Origin: an uncultured Burkholderiales bacterium
GTDB taxonomy: Bacteria; Pseudomonadota; Gammaproteobacteria; Burkholderiales; SHXO01
Direction of reading: 5' to 3'
Length of the DNA: 64,000 nt
Assembly: GCA_964523885.1 (NCBI GenBank)
Contig: CAZFYX010000038.1
Span: 255 to 64,254, forward strand
In this document: one piece after another, positions 54,905 to 64,000 of the stretch
Numbering within the stretch: position 1 is the first letter of the stretch
Layout of the letters: each line of letters begins with the position of its first letter
Made by a program: the position numbers and the translations under genes
The notes under the pieces: model-generated
Told to the model about the DNA's origin: nothing
The model's database searches: none
What the model saw: only the letters and a program-made list of their open reading frames with translations

Positions 54905-56068
54905 ATGCGTCTGCTCCTCGCCGCGATGATCGCCTTGGCGGCCCTGCCCGGCTGCAGCAAGAAAGAGGAGGCTGCGGCAGCGCGTCCCGCCGTCGATGTC
55001 ACCGTGGTGAAGGCGGTGCCGCGCGACACGCCGGTGGCCTACGAATTCGTCGGCCAGACCGAGAGCTCCCATCAGGTCCAGATCCGCGCGCGCGTGAACG
55101 GCTTCCTCGAGCGGCGGGTGTACACCGAAGGCACCCTCGTCAAGGCGGGGCAGGTGATGTTCCACCAGGATCCGAAGCCATTCCAGGCCGCACTCGACGC
55201 CGCGAAAGGCGCGCTTGCACAGCAGCAGGCGCGCCTCCTGACGGCCGCGGCGAATCTCGCCCGGGTCAAGCCCCTGGTCGCGCAGAACGCCTTGAGCCAG
55301 AAGGACCTCGACGACGCGACCGGGCAGGAGCAGGCGGCGGCTGCGGCGGTGGAGACGGCGAAGGCGCAAGTGGAGGAAGCACGCCTGAACCTGGGTTACA
55401 CCACGATCACCACGCCGGTCACGGGCCTGTCCAGCTTCGCCCGCGTGCAGGACGGTGCCTATGTGAACGCAGAGAACAGCCTGCTCACCAGCGTCGACCA
55501 GGTCGACCCGATCTGGATCAACTTCAGCCTGTCCGAGAACGATGTGCTGCAGTCGCGCGGCGAGCGCGACAAGGGACGCCTGCGTGCGCCCAAGGACGAC
55601 GACTACGAAGTGGAGGCCGTGCTGGCCGACGGCACCACCTTCGGCCAGAAGGGGCGCATCACCTTCCGCAATGCGGCCTACAACCAGCAGACCGGCACGT
55701 TCCTGGTGCGCGCGACGCTGCCCAATCCGAGCGCGCTGCTGCGTCCGGGCCAGTTCGTGCGCGTGCGCGTGCACGGCATGGTGCGGCCCAACGCCATCCT
55801 GGTTCCGCAGCAGGCCGTGCAGAACGGTGCGCAGGGGCATTTCGTGTACGTGGTGAAGGACGGCAAGGCGGAGGTGCGGCCGATCAAGGTCGGACCGTGG
55901 AAAGCAAACGAGTGGTTCATCGACGAAGGGCTCGCTGCCGGTGACCTGGTGGTGGTCGACGGAATGATGAAGCTCGGGCCGGGTGCGACCGTGAAGGTGG
56001 CGAAGGAACTCGCGCCGGGCGAGCCGCTGCCTGGTGCCGCACCAGCTGCGGCTTCGGCTCAGAAGTAG
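54905..56068 (+). CDS. RND efflux membrane-fusion (periplasmic adaptor) lipoprotein
   Basis: Lipobox LAALPGC and the adaptor pattern (LNLGYTTITTPVTG, coiled-coil Ala/Gln-rich hairpin). Confidence 0.9.
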   Translation: MRLLLAAMIALAALPGCSKKEEAAAARPAVDVTVVKAVPRDTPVAYEFVGQTESSHQVQIRARVNGFLERRVYTEGTLVKAGQVMFHQDPKPFQAALDAAKGALAQQQARLLTAAANLARVKPLVAQNALSQKDLDDATGQEQAAAAAVETAKAQVEEARLNLGYTTITTPVTGLSSFARVQDGAYVNAENSLLTSVDQVDPIWINFSLSENDVLQSRGERDKGRLRAPKDDDYEVEAVLADGTTFGQKGRITFRNAAYNQQTGTFLVRATLPNPSALLRPGQFVRVRVHGMVRPNAILVPQQAVQNGAQGHFVYVVKDGKAEVRPIKVGPWKANEWFIDEGLAAGDLVVVDGMMKLGPGATVKVAKELAPGEPLPGAAPAAASAQK

Positions 56069-56083
56069 CCGGGACGCGCCCAC

Positions 56084-59000
56084 ATGATCTCCGATTTCTT
56101 CATCGACCGACCCATCTTCGCGACGGTCCTGGCGGTCGTCATCTCCATCGCCGGCCTGGTCGCGATGGTGAACCTGCCCATCGCGCAGTACCCGCAGATC
56201 ACCCCGGTGCAGATCTCGGTGACCGCGACCTACCCGGGCGCCAACGCCGAGCTGGTGGCGCAGAACGTGGGCGCGCCGATCGAGAGCCAGGTCAACGGCG
56301 CCAACAACATGCTGTACATGTCGTCGACCAGTGCGTCGACCGGCAACTACACGCTGACGGTCTACTTCTCGATCGACACCGATCCCGCGCTGGCGCAGGT
56401 GGACGTGCAGAACCGCGTCAACCAGGCCATGGCGCAGCTGCCCGACTCGGTGCAGAAGCAGGGCGTCAACGTGCAGCAGAAATCGCAGACGTTCCTGATG
56501 ATCCTCGCGCTGTACGCGCCGGACGGCCGCTACTCGCCGGACTACATCGCCAACTACACCAACGTCTTCGTCCTCGACTCGATCAAGCGCATCAACGGCG
56601 CCAATCAGGCCTCCGTGTTCGGCGTGCCCGACTACGCGATGCGCATCTGGCTCAAGCCGGACCGGATGGCGCAGCTGGGCATCACGGCCACCGACATCTC
56701 CAATGCGGTGTCCAAGCAGAACCAGCAGTTCGCGGTGGGACGCATCGGCGACCGTCCGACCGCCGGGACGGTTCCGCAGACCTTCCCCGTCACCACCAGC
56801 GGCGCATTCACCGAGCCGAGGCAGTTCGAGAACATCATCCTGCGCACCAACAACGAAGACGCGGCCATCGTGCGGGTCAAGGACGTCGGCTATGCCGACC
56901 TGGGCCGCAAGAGCTACTCGATCAGCACCAATTACCAGGGCAAGCCGTCCACCCTGATCGCGGTCTACCAGCAGCCGGGCGCGAACGCGATCCAGGTGTC
57001 CAAGGACGTGCGCGCGACCCTGGCCGAGCTGTCGAAGAGCTTCCCGCCGGGGCTGCAATACGAGATCGCGCTCGATACCACGCTGTTCGTGCAGGCCTCG
57101 ATCAAGGAGGTGGTGAAGACCTTCTTCGAGGCGGTGGTGCTGGTGGTGCTGGTCGTGTTCGTGTTCCTGCACAGCCTGCGCCTGACCATCATCCCCACAC
57201 TGGCGGTGCCGGTTTCCATTCTCGGCGCGCTGGTGGGCATGCTGGTGTTCGGGTTCTCGATCAACATGCTCACGCTGTTCGGCATGATCCTGGCGATCGG
57301 CATCGTCGTGGACGACGCCATCGTCGTGGTGGAGAACACCGAGCGCAACATGGTGGAGTTCGGCCTGGGGCCGAAGGAAGCCGCGAAGCGCGCGATGGCG
57401 GAGGTGACCGGACCTGTCATCGCCATCGTGCTGGTGCTCAATGCGGTGTTCATCCCGGTGGCCTTCCTCGGCGGCATCACCGGGCAGCTCTACAAGCAGT
57501 TCGCCGTGACCATTGCGATCTCGGTGGTGTTCTCGGGGATCGTGGCGCTGACGCTATCCCCGTCCATGGCCGCCTTGCTCATCCAGGCCAAGCATGGCCC
57601 GAAGAAGGGCTTCTTCGCGTGGTTCGACCGGACCTTCGACCGGCTGGCGAACGGCTACGTCGGCGGGGTGAAGCGGCTCATCCATTTCTGGTACGGCGGG
57701 CTCGCCGCGCTCGCGCTGGTGGTGGTCGGAGTCGTGATCCTGTTCGGCAAGTGGCCCACCGCGTTCGTTCCGCAGGAGGACCAGGGCTACATCTTCGTAC
57801 CGTACGCTGCGCCCGATGCAGCCAGCCTAGACCGCACCGAAGCGCTGGGTCGGAAGGCCGCCGAGTTCATGAGCAAGAACCCGGCTGTCGCGAACGTGAC
57901 CGAGGTGAACGGCTACAGCCTGATCGACTCGCAGAACAAGACCAACAACGGCCTGCTGTTCGTTTCGCTCAAGGACTACGAGCAGCGCAAGTCCCCGGAG
58001 CTGAGTGCCCCGGCGCTGATCGCGGAGGCGCGCAAGGCCTACGCCGGCATCCAGGAAGGCGTGGTCTTCCCGGTCAATCCGCCCTCGATTCCCGGGCTGG
58101 GCGTGGTCGCGGGCTTCCAGATGTGGATCCAGCAGAAGGGCGGCGGCAGCTATGCGCAGCTGGTGTCGGTCGCACAGGAGATCGTGGCCAAGGCGCGCAC
58201 CCAGCAGAAGCTCGCCGGTGTGAGCACCACCGCCAACGCCACCGGCCAGCAGCTGCTCGCGGATGTCGATCGCGACAAGGCCGAGGTGCTCGGCGTGCCG
58301 GTGCAGGACGTCTACAACACCCTGCAGACCATGTTCGGTTCGCTGTACGTGAGCCAGTTCCCGAAGGATTCGCGCCTGTGGCAGGTGATCCTGCAGGCCG
58401 AGCCGAAGTACCGGATGACCCCGGAGGACGTGGGCCGCTTCTACGTGCGCAACCGATCCGACGACATAATACCCCTTTCGGGACTGGTCAATACCCGCTA
58501 CGTGAGCGGGGCGGACCTGGTCACCCGCTTCAACAACTATCCTGCGGTGCAGATCACCGGCTACGCCAACATCGGCGTCAGCTCGGGAGAGGCGCTGAAC
58601 ATCATTCGGGGCATCGCCGACGAAGTGCTTCCATCGAACTACGGCTACGAGTGGTCGGGCGAGGCGCGCGAGGAGGTGTCGTCGGGCTCCACCTCCGCCA
58701 TCGCGTTCGTGTTCGGCCTGATCTTCGTGTTCCTGATCCTGGCCGCGCAGTACGAGAGCTGGTCGCTGCCGGTGGGAGTCATGCTGGCGGTCCCGTTCGC
58801 ACTGCTCGGCTCGATCCTCGCGATCATGCTGCGCAAGATGCCCAACGACCTGTACTTCCAGATCGGCCTGCTCACGCTGATCGGCCTGGCTGCGAAGAAC
58901 GCCATCCTGATCGTGGAGTTCGCGGTCGAGAAGAACCGCAGGGAAGGGCTGTCTTTCTTCGATGCCGCCGCCGAGGCGGCGCGCCTGAGGCTGCGACCTA

Positions 59001-59296
59001 TCATCATGACCTCATTCGCGTTCATCCTGGGCGTGGTGCCGCTGGCGATCGCCACCGGTGCGTCGTCGAACAGCCGCCACTCGATCGGCACCGGCGTGAT
59101 CGGCGGAACCTTGTTCGCAACCGTGATCGCGATCTTCTTCATCCCGATGCTGTACTGGGCGCTGGAGACGATCAGCCACAAGCTGTTCCCGAGCAAGGAG
59201 CCGCCGCCCGGATCGAAGCCGCACGCGCCGCCCGAGCACACGCCGGCTGGTCCCGCGCCGGCTGGGGCCGCCCACGACCAGCACAGGGGCGACTGA
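56084..59296 (+). CDS. RND multidrug efflux permease (HAE1, AcrB/MexB-like)
   Basis: 1070 aa. The N-terminus is MISDFFIDRPIFATVLAVVISIAG, and the protein follows the 12-TM RND pattern throughout. Confidence 0.93.
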   Translation: MISDFFIDRPIFATVLAVVISIAGLVAMVNLPIAQYPQITPVQISVTATYPGANAELVAQNVGAPIESQVNGANNMLYMSSTSASTGNYTLTVYFSIDTDPALAQVDVQNRVNQAMAQLPDSVQKQGVNVQQKSQTFLMILALYAPDGRYSPDYIANYTNVFVLDSIKRINGANQASVFGVPDYAMRIWLKPDRMAQLGITATDISNAVSKQNQQFAVGRIGDRPTAGTVPQTFPVTTSGAFTEPRQFENIILRTNNEDAAIVRVKDVGYADLGRKSYSISTNYQGKPSTLIAVYQQPGANAIQVSKDVRATLAELSKSFPPGLQYEIALDTTLFVQASIKEVVKTFFEAVVLVVLVVFVFLHSLRLTIIPTLAVPVSILGALVGMLVFGFSINMLTLFGMILAIGIVVDDAIVVVENTERNMVEFGLGPKEAAKRAMAEVTGPVIAIVLVLNAVFIPVAFLGGITGQLYKQFAVTIAISVVFSGIVALTLSPSMAALLIQAKHGPKKGFFAWFDRTFDRLANGYVGGVKRLIHFWYGGLAALALVVVGVVILFGKWPTAFVPQEDQGYIFVPYAAPDAASLDRTEALGRKAAEFMSKNPAVANVTEVNGYSLIDSQNKTNNGLLFVSLKDYEQRKSPELSAPALIAEARKAYAGIQEGVVFPVNPPSIPGLGVVAGFQMWIQQKGGGSYAQLVSVAQEIVAKARTQQKLAGVSTTANATGQQLLADVDRDKAEVLGVPVQDVYNTLQTMFGSLYVSQFPKDSRLWQVILQAEPKYRMTPEDVGRFYVRNRSDDIIPLSGLVNTRYVSGADLVTRFNNYPAVQITGYANIGVSSGEALNIIRGIADEVLPSNYGYEWSGEAREEVSSGSTSAIAFVFGLIFVFLILAAQYESWSLPVGVMLAVPFALLGSILAIMLRKMPNDLYFQIGLLTLIGLAAKNAILIVEFAVEKNRREGLSFFDAAAEAARLRLRPIIMTSFAFILGVVPLAIATGASSNSRHSIGTGVIGGTLFATVIAIFFIPMLYWALETISHKLFPSKEPPPGSKPHAPPEHTPAGPAPAGAAHDQHRGD

Positions 59297-59297
59297 C

Positions 59298-60764
59298 ATG
59301 CTGCGTCCCATGACGTCTGCCGGCTCCGTGCGCCTGCGTCCCCGCGTCACGCTGCTGTTCACTGCTGCCCTGCTGTCGGGCTGCATGGTGGGCCCGGACT
59401 ACCAGCGGCCGCAGACCCGGGTGCCCGAGGCCTACCTGTACGAGCCGAAGGATGCAGCCGACACTGCCAACACGCAGTGGTGGAAGCAGTTCCAGGATCC
59501 GGTGATGGACCAGCTCATCAAGGATGCGCTGGCGAACAACTACAACGTGAAGATCGCCGCGGCCAACGTGGAGCAGGCCTCCGCTGCGATCATCACGGTG
59601 CGCTCGCCGCTGTTCCCGCAGGTGGGCTACGGCGCGGATGCGAGCCGCAATCGCTACAGCACAAACGGCGCGACGCCGATTCCGAGCGGGGTCTCGGCCA
59701 CGCAGAACAACTTCCAGCTGTTCGCCGGGGCAAGCTGGGAGATCGACCTGTGGGGCCGGGTGCGCCGCGAGACCGAAGCTGCGCAGGCGCAGCTGCTTGC
59801 CACCGAGCAGGCGCGGCGCGGCGTGCTGCTGTCGCTGGTGTCCTCCGTGGCGGGCAGCTACTTGCAGCTGCGTGCGCTCGACCAGCAGCTGGTGATCTCC
59901 CAGCGCACGCTGGAGGCCTACGCCGAGTCGGTCAAGCTGTTCGAGCTGCAGAACAAGTACGGCCAGACCTCGATGATGACCGTGGAGCAGGCGCGCAGCC
60001 AGTACGAGAGCGCTGCCGCGCAGATTCCGCAGATCAGCCAGCAGATCGTCGAGACCGAGAACGCGATCAACATCCTGCTCGGACGCAATCCCGGGCCGGT
60101 TCCACGCGGTGCGCCGCTCAAGGATATCGCGTTGCCCGCCGTGCCGGCAGGGTTGCCGTCGACGCTCCTCGAGCAGCGCCCCGACATCGCGCAAGCCGAG
60201 CAGAACCTCATTGCCGCCAATGCGCTGATCGGTGCTGCCAAGGCGCAGTACTACCCGTCCATCTCGCTGACCGCCGGTTACGGCACGGCCAGCTCGGATC
60301 TGTCCAACCTGTTCAAGGGGGGCTCCCGGACCTGGAGCTACGGCGGATCGATCACGGGCCCGATCTTCACCGGCGGCTCCATCTTCGGCCAGGTCGCCCA
60401 GGCCACCGCCAGCCAGAAGGCGGCGCTGTACGCGTACCAGCAATCGATCCAGAACGCGTTCGGCGACGTCGAGACCAGCCTGTCCGCCCGCGAGCAGCTC
60501 ACCGTCCAGCTGCAGGCGGAGGAAAAGCTGGTCAAGGCGCTGCGCGAGTACGCGAGACTGGCGCGCCTGCAGTACGACGGCGGCTATACGCCCTATCTCA
60601 CCGTGCTGTATGCCGAGCAGCAGCTGTTCCCGGCCGAGCTCAACTATGTGCGCACGCTCGCGCAGCTGTACGTGGCGTCGGTCAACATCTACAAGGCCAC
60701 CGGCGGGGGCTGGATCGACGAGGCCAATGCGATGGCGCCGCAGCCCGTGCCGGAGAAGTGGTGA
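59298..60764 (+). CDS. Efflux outer-membrane factor lipoprotein (NodT/OprM family)
   Basis: Lipobox LLSGC followed by VGPDYQRP. Two TolC-like repeats. Confidence 0.9.
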   Translation: MLRPMTSAGSVRLRPRVTLLFTAALLSGCMVGPDYQRPQTRVPEAYLYEPKDAADTANTQWWKQFQDPVMDQLIKDALANNYNVKIAAANVEQASAAIITVRSPLFPQVGYGADASRNRYSTNGATPIPSGVSATQNNFQLFAGASWEIDLWGRVRRETEAAQAQLLATEQARRGVLLSLVSSVAGSYLQLRALDQQLVISQRTLEAYAESVKLFELQNKYGQTSMMTVEQARSQYESAAAQIPQISQQIVETENAINILLGRNPGPVPRGAPLKDIALPAVPAGLPSTLLEQRPDIAQAEQNLIAANALIGAAKAQYYPSISLTAGYGTASSDLSNLFKGGSRTWSYGGSITGPIFTGGSIFGQVAQATASQKAALYAYQQSIQNAFGDVETSLSAREQLTVQLQAEEKLVKALREYARLARLQYDGGYTPYLTVLYAEQQLFPAELNYVRTLAQLYVASVNIYKATGGGWIDEANAMAPQPVPEKW

Positions 60765-60786
60765 GCTGGCAGGCCGGTGCCGCGGG

Positions 60787-62124
60787 CTACTGCACCACCC
60801 GCGGAAGCCAGAGCGCGATCTGCGGCCAGAACATCACCGCCAGCAGGCAGATGATCTGGATGATCATGAACTCGCCCATGCCCCGATAGATGGTGCCCAG
60901 GCTCCACTGCGGCATGACGTTCTTGAGGTAGTACGCCGACATCGCGACCGGTGGGCTCAGGAACGCCGTCTGCAGGTTGATCGCGATCAGCGCGCCGAAC
61001 CAGATCATCAGCTCCTGAGGTCCCAGGCCCAGCTGCAGCGTCTGCACCACCGGCAGGACGATCGGCAGGAACACGAGGATGATCGCGGGCCACTCGAACG
61101 GCCAGCCCAGGACGAAGATCAGGACCATGATCAGCACCAGCTTGCCCCAGTCCGGCAGGGGCACGCTGTTCAGCGCATTGGTGATCAGGTCCGTCGCACC
61201 GAGCTTCGTGAACACCGCGCCGAACACGGTGGAGGACACCGCGAGGAACAGCACCATGCTCGAGGTGATCATGGTGGAGATCGCAGCGGACTTCAGCGCC
61301 TTGAACGTGAGCTTGCGATACGCGGCAGCCAGCACGGTGGCGCCGAATGCGCCGCAGGAGGCGGCTTCGGTCGGCGTGGCCAGCCCGGCGAGGATGGTGC
61401 CAAGGGTGAAGCCGATCAGCGCGGCGAGCGGTACCACGCCGACGAGGAACTCGCGGGCGAGCTCGAGCTTGTCCGTCACGCGCTCGCTCGCCGGAACGGG
61501 CGGACCCAGCTCCGGCTTGAGGAAGCTGCGCACGAGGCAGTACGCGATGTACAGGAACGCCAGCATCAAGCCCGGGCCGAAGGCCGAGGCGTACAGCAGG
61601 TTGACCGGGACGCCGATGGTTGGCGCCATGACCACCAGCATGACGCTTGGCGGGATCAGGATCCCCAGCGTCCCGCCGGCCGCGATCGCGCCGGCCGAGA
61701 GCTTCGCGTCGTAACCGGTGCGCACCATCACCGGGCCTGCCATGATGCCCAGCACCGTCACGGCGGCGCCGACGATGCCCGTGGCCATGGCGAAGATCGT
61801 CGCGGTCAGTATCACCGCCAGGTAGAGCGAGCCGCGCAGTGGCGCCAGCACGTTGCGCATCGCCAGGAACAGCCGCTCCATCAGCCCGGCCTGCTCGGTC
61901 ATGAAGCCCATGAAGATGAACAGCGGCACCGCGGGCAGGATGTCGTCCTTCATCAGCCCCCAGACCTGCAGGTAGGCGAGGTTGAAGGTCAGTTCGGTGC
62001 CCAGGCCGATCGCGCCGAAGAACAGCGCGATGAACAGTAGCGTGAACGCGATCGGGAAGCCGATGAAGATGATCGTGATCATCGCCACCAGCATCAGCAG
62101 TCCCAGGATCTCCTGTCCGCTCAT
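60787..62124 (-). CDS. dctM: TRAP transporter large permease subunit
   Basis: 445-aa polytopic protein with the DctM pattern (GFPIAFTLL..., LFIFMGF...). Confidence 0.88.
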   Translation of the reverse strand: MSGQEILGLLMLVAMITIIFIGFPIAFTLLFIALFFGAIGLGTELTFNLAYLQVWGLMKDDILPAVPLFIFMGFMTEQAGLMERLFLAMRNVLAPLRGSLYLAVILTATIFAMATGIVGAAVTVLGIMAGPVMVRTGYDAKLSAGAIAAGGTLGILIPPSVMLVVMAPTIGVPVNLLYASAFGPGLMLAFLYIAYCLVRSFLKPELGPPVPASERVTDKLELAREFLVGVVPLAALIGFTLGTILAGLATPTEAASCGAFGATVLAAAYRKLTFKALKSAAISTMITSSMVLFLAVSSTVFGAVFTKLGATDLITNALNSVPLPDWGKLVLIMVLIFVLGWPFEWPAIILVFLPIVLPVVQTLQLGLGPQELMIWFGALIAINLQTAFLSPPVAMSAYYLKNVMPQWSLGTIYRGMGEFMIIQIICLLAVMFWPQIALWLPRVVQ

Positions 62125-62195
62125 CTCTTGTGTCCCAATGGAAGTCCCGCGCGGCGCTTACCGGGGCAGGGGGCCGGGCTCAGGCGTTCGCAGCC

Positions 62196-62747
62196 TCAGA
62201 TCTCGATCTTCTCGTGATGCACCAGCAGCGCGCCGGTCCGCGCGGCCCAGAGGCTCTTCATCAGCTCGGAGATGCCCTGCAGGAACAGCAGCGCCGCCGA
62301 GAGCGGAATGACGGCGCGGAACGGCCAGATCGGGGGCTGCCAGGCGGTCAGCGTGGAGCGCTCGTCGATCGACCATGCATAGTTGAACTCGTTGAACGAG
62401 ATCCAGCACAGGACCGCCATGGTAGGGAGGAACAGCAGCAGATATGCGACGGCGTCGATGATGCCCTTGGTGCGGTCGCTGAACTTCTCCCACAGCATGT
62501 CGGTACGCACGTGCGCACCCTTTTGCAGCGCGTAGGCGGCGCCGAGCATGAACAGTGCGCCGTAAGACATCACCGTGGCCTGGGTGGCCCAGTCCGTCGG
62601 GGAGTTGAGCGCATAGCGCATGAACACTTCCACGGTATTCGCCACGACCAGCGGGGCCACCAGCAGCGCACACGCGTAACCGCTCCACAGCACGACCCGG
62701 TCGATCATGCGGATGGCGTGGACGTAACCCGGGGCCGGGCGGCTCAT
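62196..62747 (-). CDS. dctQ: TRAP transporter small permease subunit
   Basis: 184 aa, four hydrophobic segments, located between dctP and dctM. ATG at 62745-62747; the upstream extension in the ORF track is Arg/Pro-rich and judged non-coding. Confidence 0.8.
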   Translation of the reverse strand: MSRPAPGYVHAIRMIDRVVLWSGYACALLVAPLVVANTVEVFMRYALNSPTDWATQATVMSYGALFMLGAAYALQKGAHVRTDMLWEKFSDRTKGIIDAVAYLLLFLPTMAVLCWISFNEFNYAWSIDERSTLTAWQPPIWPFRAVIPLSAALLFLQGISELMKSLWAARTGALLVHHEKIEI

Positions 62748-62799
62748 GCCCGGTCCCCGGTAGCGTCGGCCCGCGCCTGCACCTGGCGCACCGGGCGCT

Positions 62800-63894
62800 T
62801 CACTTCTTCTCCGGCCAGTAGTAGGTCGATGCCAGGTCGTAGTCCGGATAGACGTTGCGCCGGGCCGGCACGATGCGCGAGGCGTAGGCGCGCTGGGAGT
62901 CGTAGACCTTCTTGAAGAACGCGTTCTTCGCGTACTCCTCCTTGGCGATTTGGTCCCACGATTCGAGCATCTTGGTGAGGATGTCCTGCGGGGTGCGCGA
63001 GATGGTGACGCCGTGCTTCTCGCGCAGCTCGACGATGGCCTCGGCATTGAGCTTGTTCATCACCAGCTGGGAGCGCAGCGTCGCGTCCATCGCGGCCGAC
63101 TTGATCACCTCCTTCTGGTCGTCCGGCAGCTTCTTCCAGACGTCGCCGTTGATGAGGATTTCCGCGACCGTCGCCGGCTCGTGCAGCGAGGGCATGTAGG
63201 CGTACTTCCACACTGACTGGAAGCCGATGCGCAGGTCCTCCACCGGGCCGACCCACTCCGCGCAGTCGATCACGCCGCGCTGGCCGGCCGGGACGATCTC
63301 GCCGCCGGGCATGTTCACCGTGTTCATCCCCGACTTGCTGAACACCTCCGCGGTGATCCCGGTCTCGCGGCACTTGCGGCCCTTGAGGTCCTCCCAGCTC
63401 TTGACCGGGGTCTTGAACCAGCCGAGGATCTGGGGCCCGCCGGAGGTCATCGGGATGACGTAGACGTTGCGCTGCAACTGGGTCTGGTAGAACTCCTCGT
63501 ACAGCGCCAGCCCGCCGCCCTCGTGCAGCCAGCCCATGTAGTCCAGCATGTCCATGCCGAACGGACCGCCGGGCGCGGGACCGAAGAGGGTGGCTGTCCG
63601 GTTCTTGCCCAGCCAGTACGCGGCCCCCGACTGCGCGCCGTCGAGCACGCCCTTGTGCACTGCGTCGAGCACTTCGAACGGCGGCACGACGGCGCCGGGC
63701 GGCAGCATCTCGATCTGCAGCCGCCCGCCGGTCATCAGCTTTACCCGCTCGGCGAAGTACTTGCCGTTCTCGAAGAACAGGCTGGCGGCCGGGAAGGCCG
63801 ACTCGAACCTGAGCTTGGTCACCTGCTGCGCGGATGCCGATACGGAAGCAACCGCGAGTGCACAAGCCACGGCCAGGATGCGTGCGATCCTCAT
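62800..63894 (-). CDS. dctP: TRAP transporter periplasmic substrate-binding protein (DctP type, FcbT1/COG4663-like)
   Basis: ATG at 63892-63894 with GGAGGAG upstream and signal peptide MRIARILAVACALAVASVSASA-QQ. Conserved blocks: PGGEIVPAGQRGVIDCAEWVGP and WKYAYMPSLHEP. Confidence 0.85.
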   Translation of the reverse strand: MRIARILAVACALAVASVSASAQQVTKLRFESAFPAASLFFENGKYFAERVKLMTGGRLQIEMLPPGAVVPPFEVLDAVHKGVLDGAQSGAAYWLGKNRTATLFGPAPGGPFGMDMLDYMGWLHEGGGLALYEEFYQTQLQRNVYVIPMTSGGPQILGWFKTPVKSWEDLKGRKCRETGITAEVFSKSGMNTVNMPGGEIVPAGQRGVIDCAEWVGPVEDLRIGFQSVWKYAYMPSLHEPATVAEILINGDVWKKLPDDQKEVIKSAAMDATLRSQLVMNKLNAEAIVELREKHGVTISRTPQDILTKMLESWDQIAKEEYAKNAFFKKVYDSQRAYASRIVPARRNVYPDYDLASTYYWPEKK

Positions 63895-64000
63895 GACTCC
63901 TCCCCGATGTTCGTTGTGCGCGCCCGGTGCCGGTACGCGCCGGGGCCGGTTCGGTCCGGCCTCGCGGGGAGGATAACTCCGATGGCGCCGTTGTGCCATC

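Noticed and set aside
63895-63999. The N-terminal extension of the dctP ORF (MAQRRHRSYPPREAGPNRPRR...).
   Set aside because: It is Arg/Pro-rich and precedes a canonical SD (GGAGGAG) plus an ATG and signal peptide at 63894.
1-64000. Search for rRNA, tRNA, CRISPR arrays, integrases, transposases, prophage or toxin-antitoxin modules.
   Set aside because: None was recognised by eye on either strand. Outside the items reported, the intergenic regions are short and GC-rich.

Overview
This is a visibly high-GC chromosomal segment (GC3 close to saturation in real genes) from a Gram-negative proteobacterium; the exact taxon cannot be determined from the sequence alone. I support 50 protein-coding genes (one truncated at the left edge), one clear intrinsic terminator, three FNR/CRP-family-type palindromic boxes, a REP-like hairpin pair and an 8-bp tandem repeat. 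I saw no rRNA, tRNA, CRISPR array, transposase, integrase or phage gene. Gene content, left to right:
- 1-16.4 kb: a large PLP amino-acid decarboxylase followed by an AspT/YidE-type transporter; a PlpD-like patatin/Omp85 protein; an RRM-like protein; beta-carbonic anhydrase; two small secreted repeat proteins; a minus-strand operon of PHA-synthase-like DUF3141, pta, ackA, GNAT and fabI; an OM barrel; DUF1622-ppk2.
- 16.6-30 kb: a GH63-like glucosidase; a YhdP/AsmA-like giant envelope protein; a sulfatase island (AraC, MBL-fold protein, Cys-type arylsulfatase, two OM channels).
- 30.2-40.7 kb: the stand-out locus (described below).
- 40.9-64 kb: DUF1345; a second GH63-like paralogue; a BASS transporter; AraC; a HAD-ROK-gnd-zwf-pgl-glgX operon; an orphan trihaem cytochrome c; an RND efflux triad; a TRAP transporter.
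The most unusual feature is the 30.2-40.7 kb locus. It holds an apparently active but non-canonical P1B-like P-type ATPase and a full-length paralogue in which every catalytic motif is degenerate. Each ATPase is followed by a paralogous soluble protein of unrecognised family. Three small membrane proteins are interleaved, and the operon ends in an EcsC-family gene. That operon collides head-on with a second EcsC paralogue operon carrying two further unknown proteins. I could not assign this arrangement to any described system.
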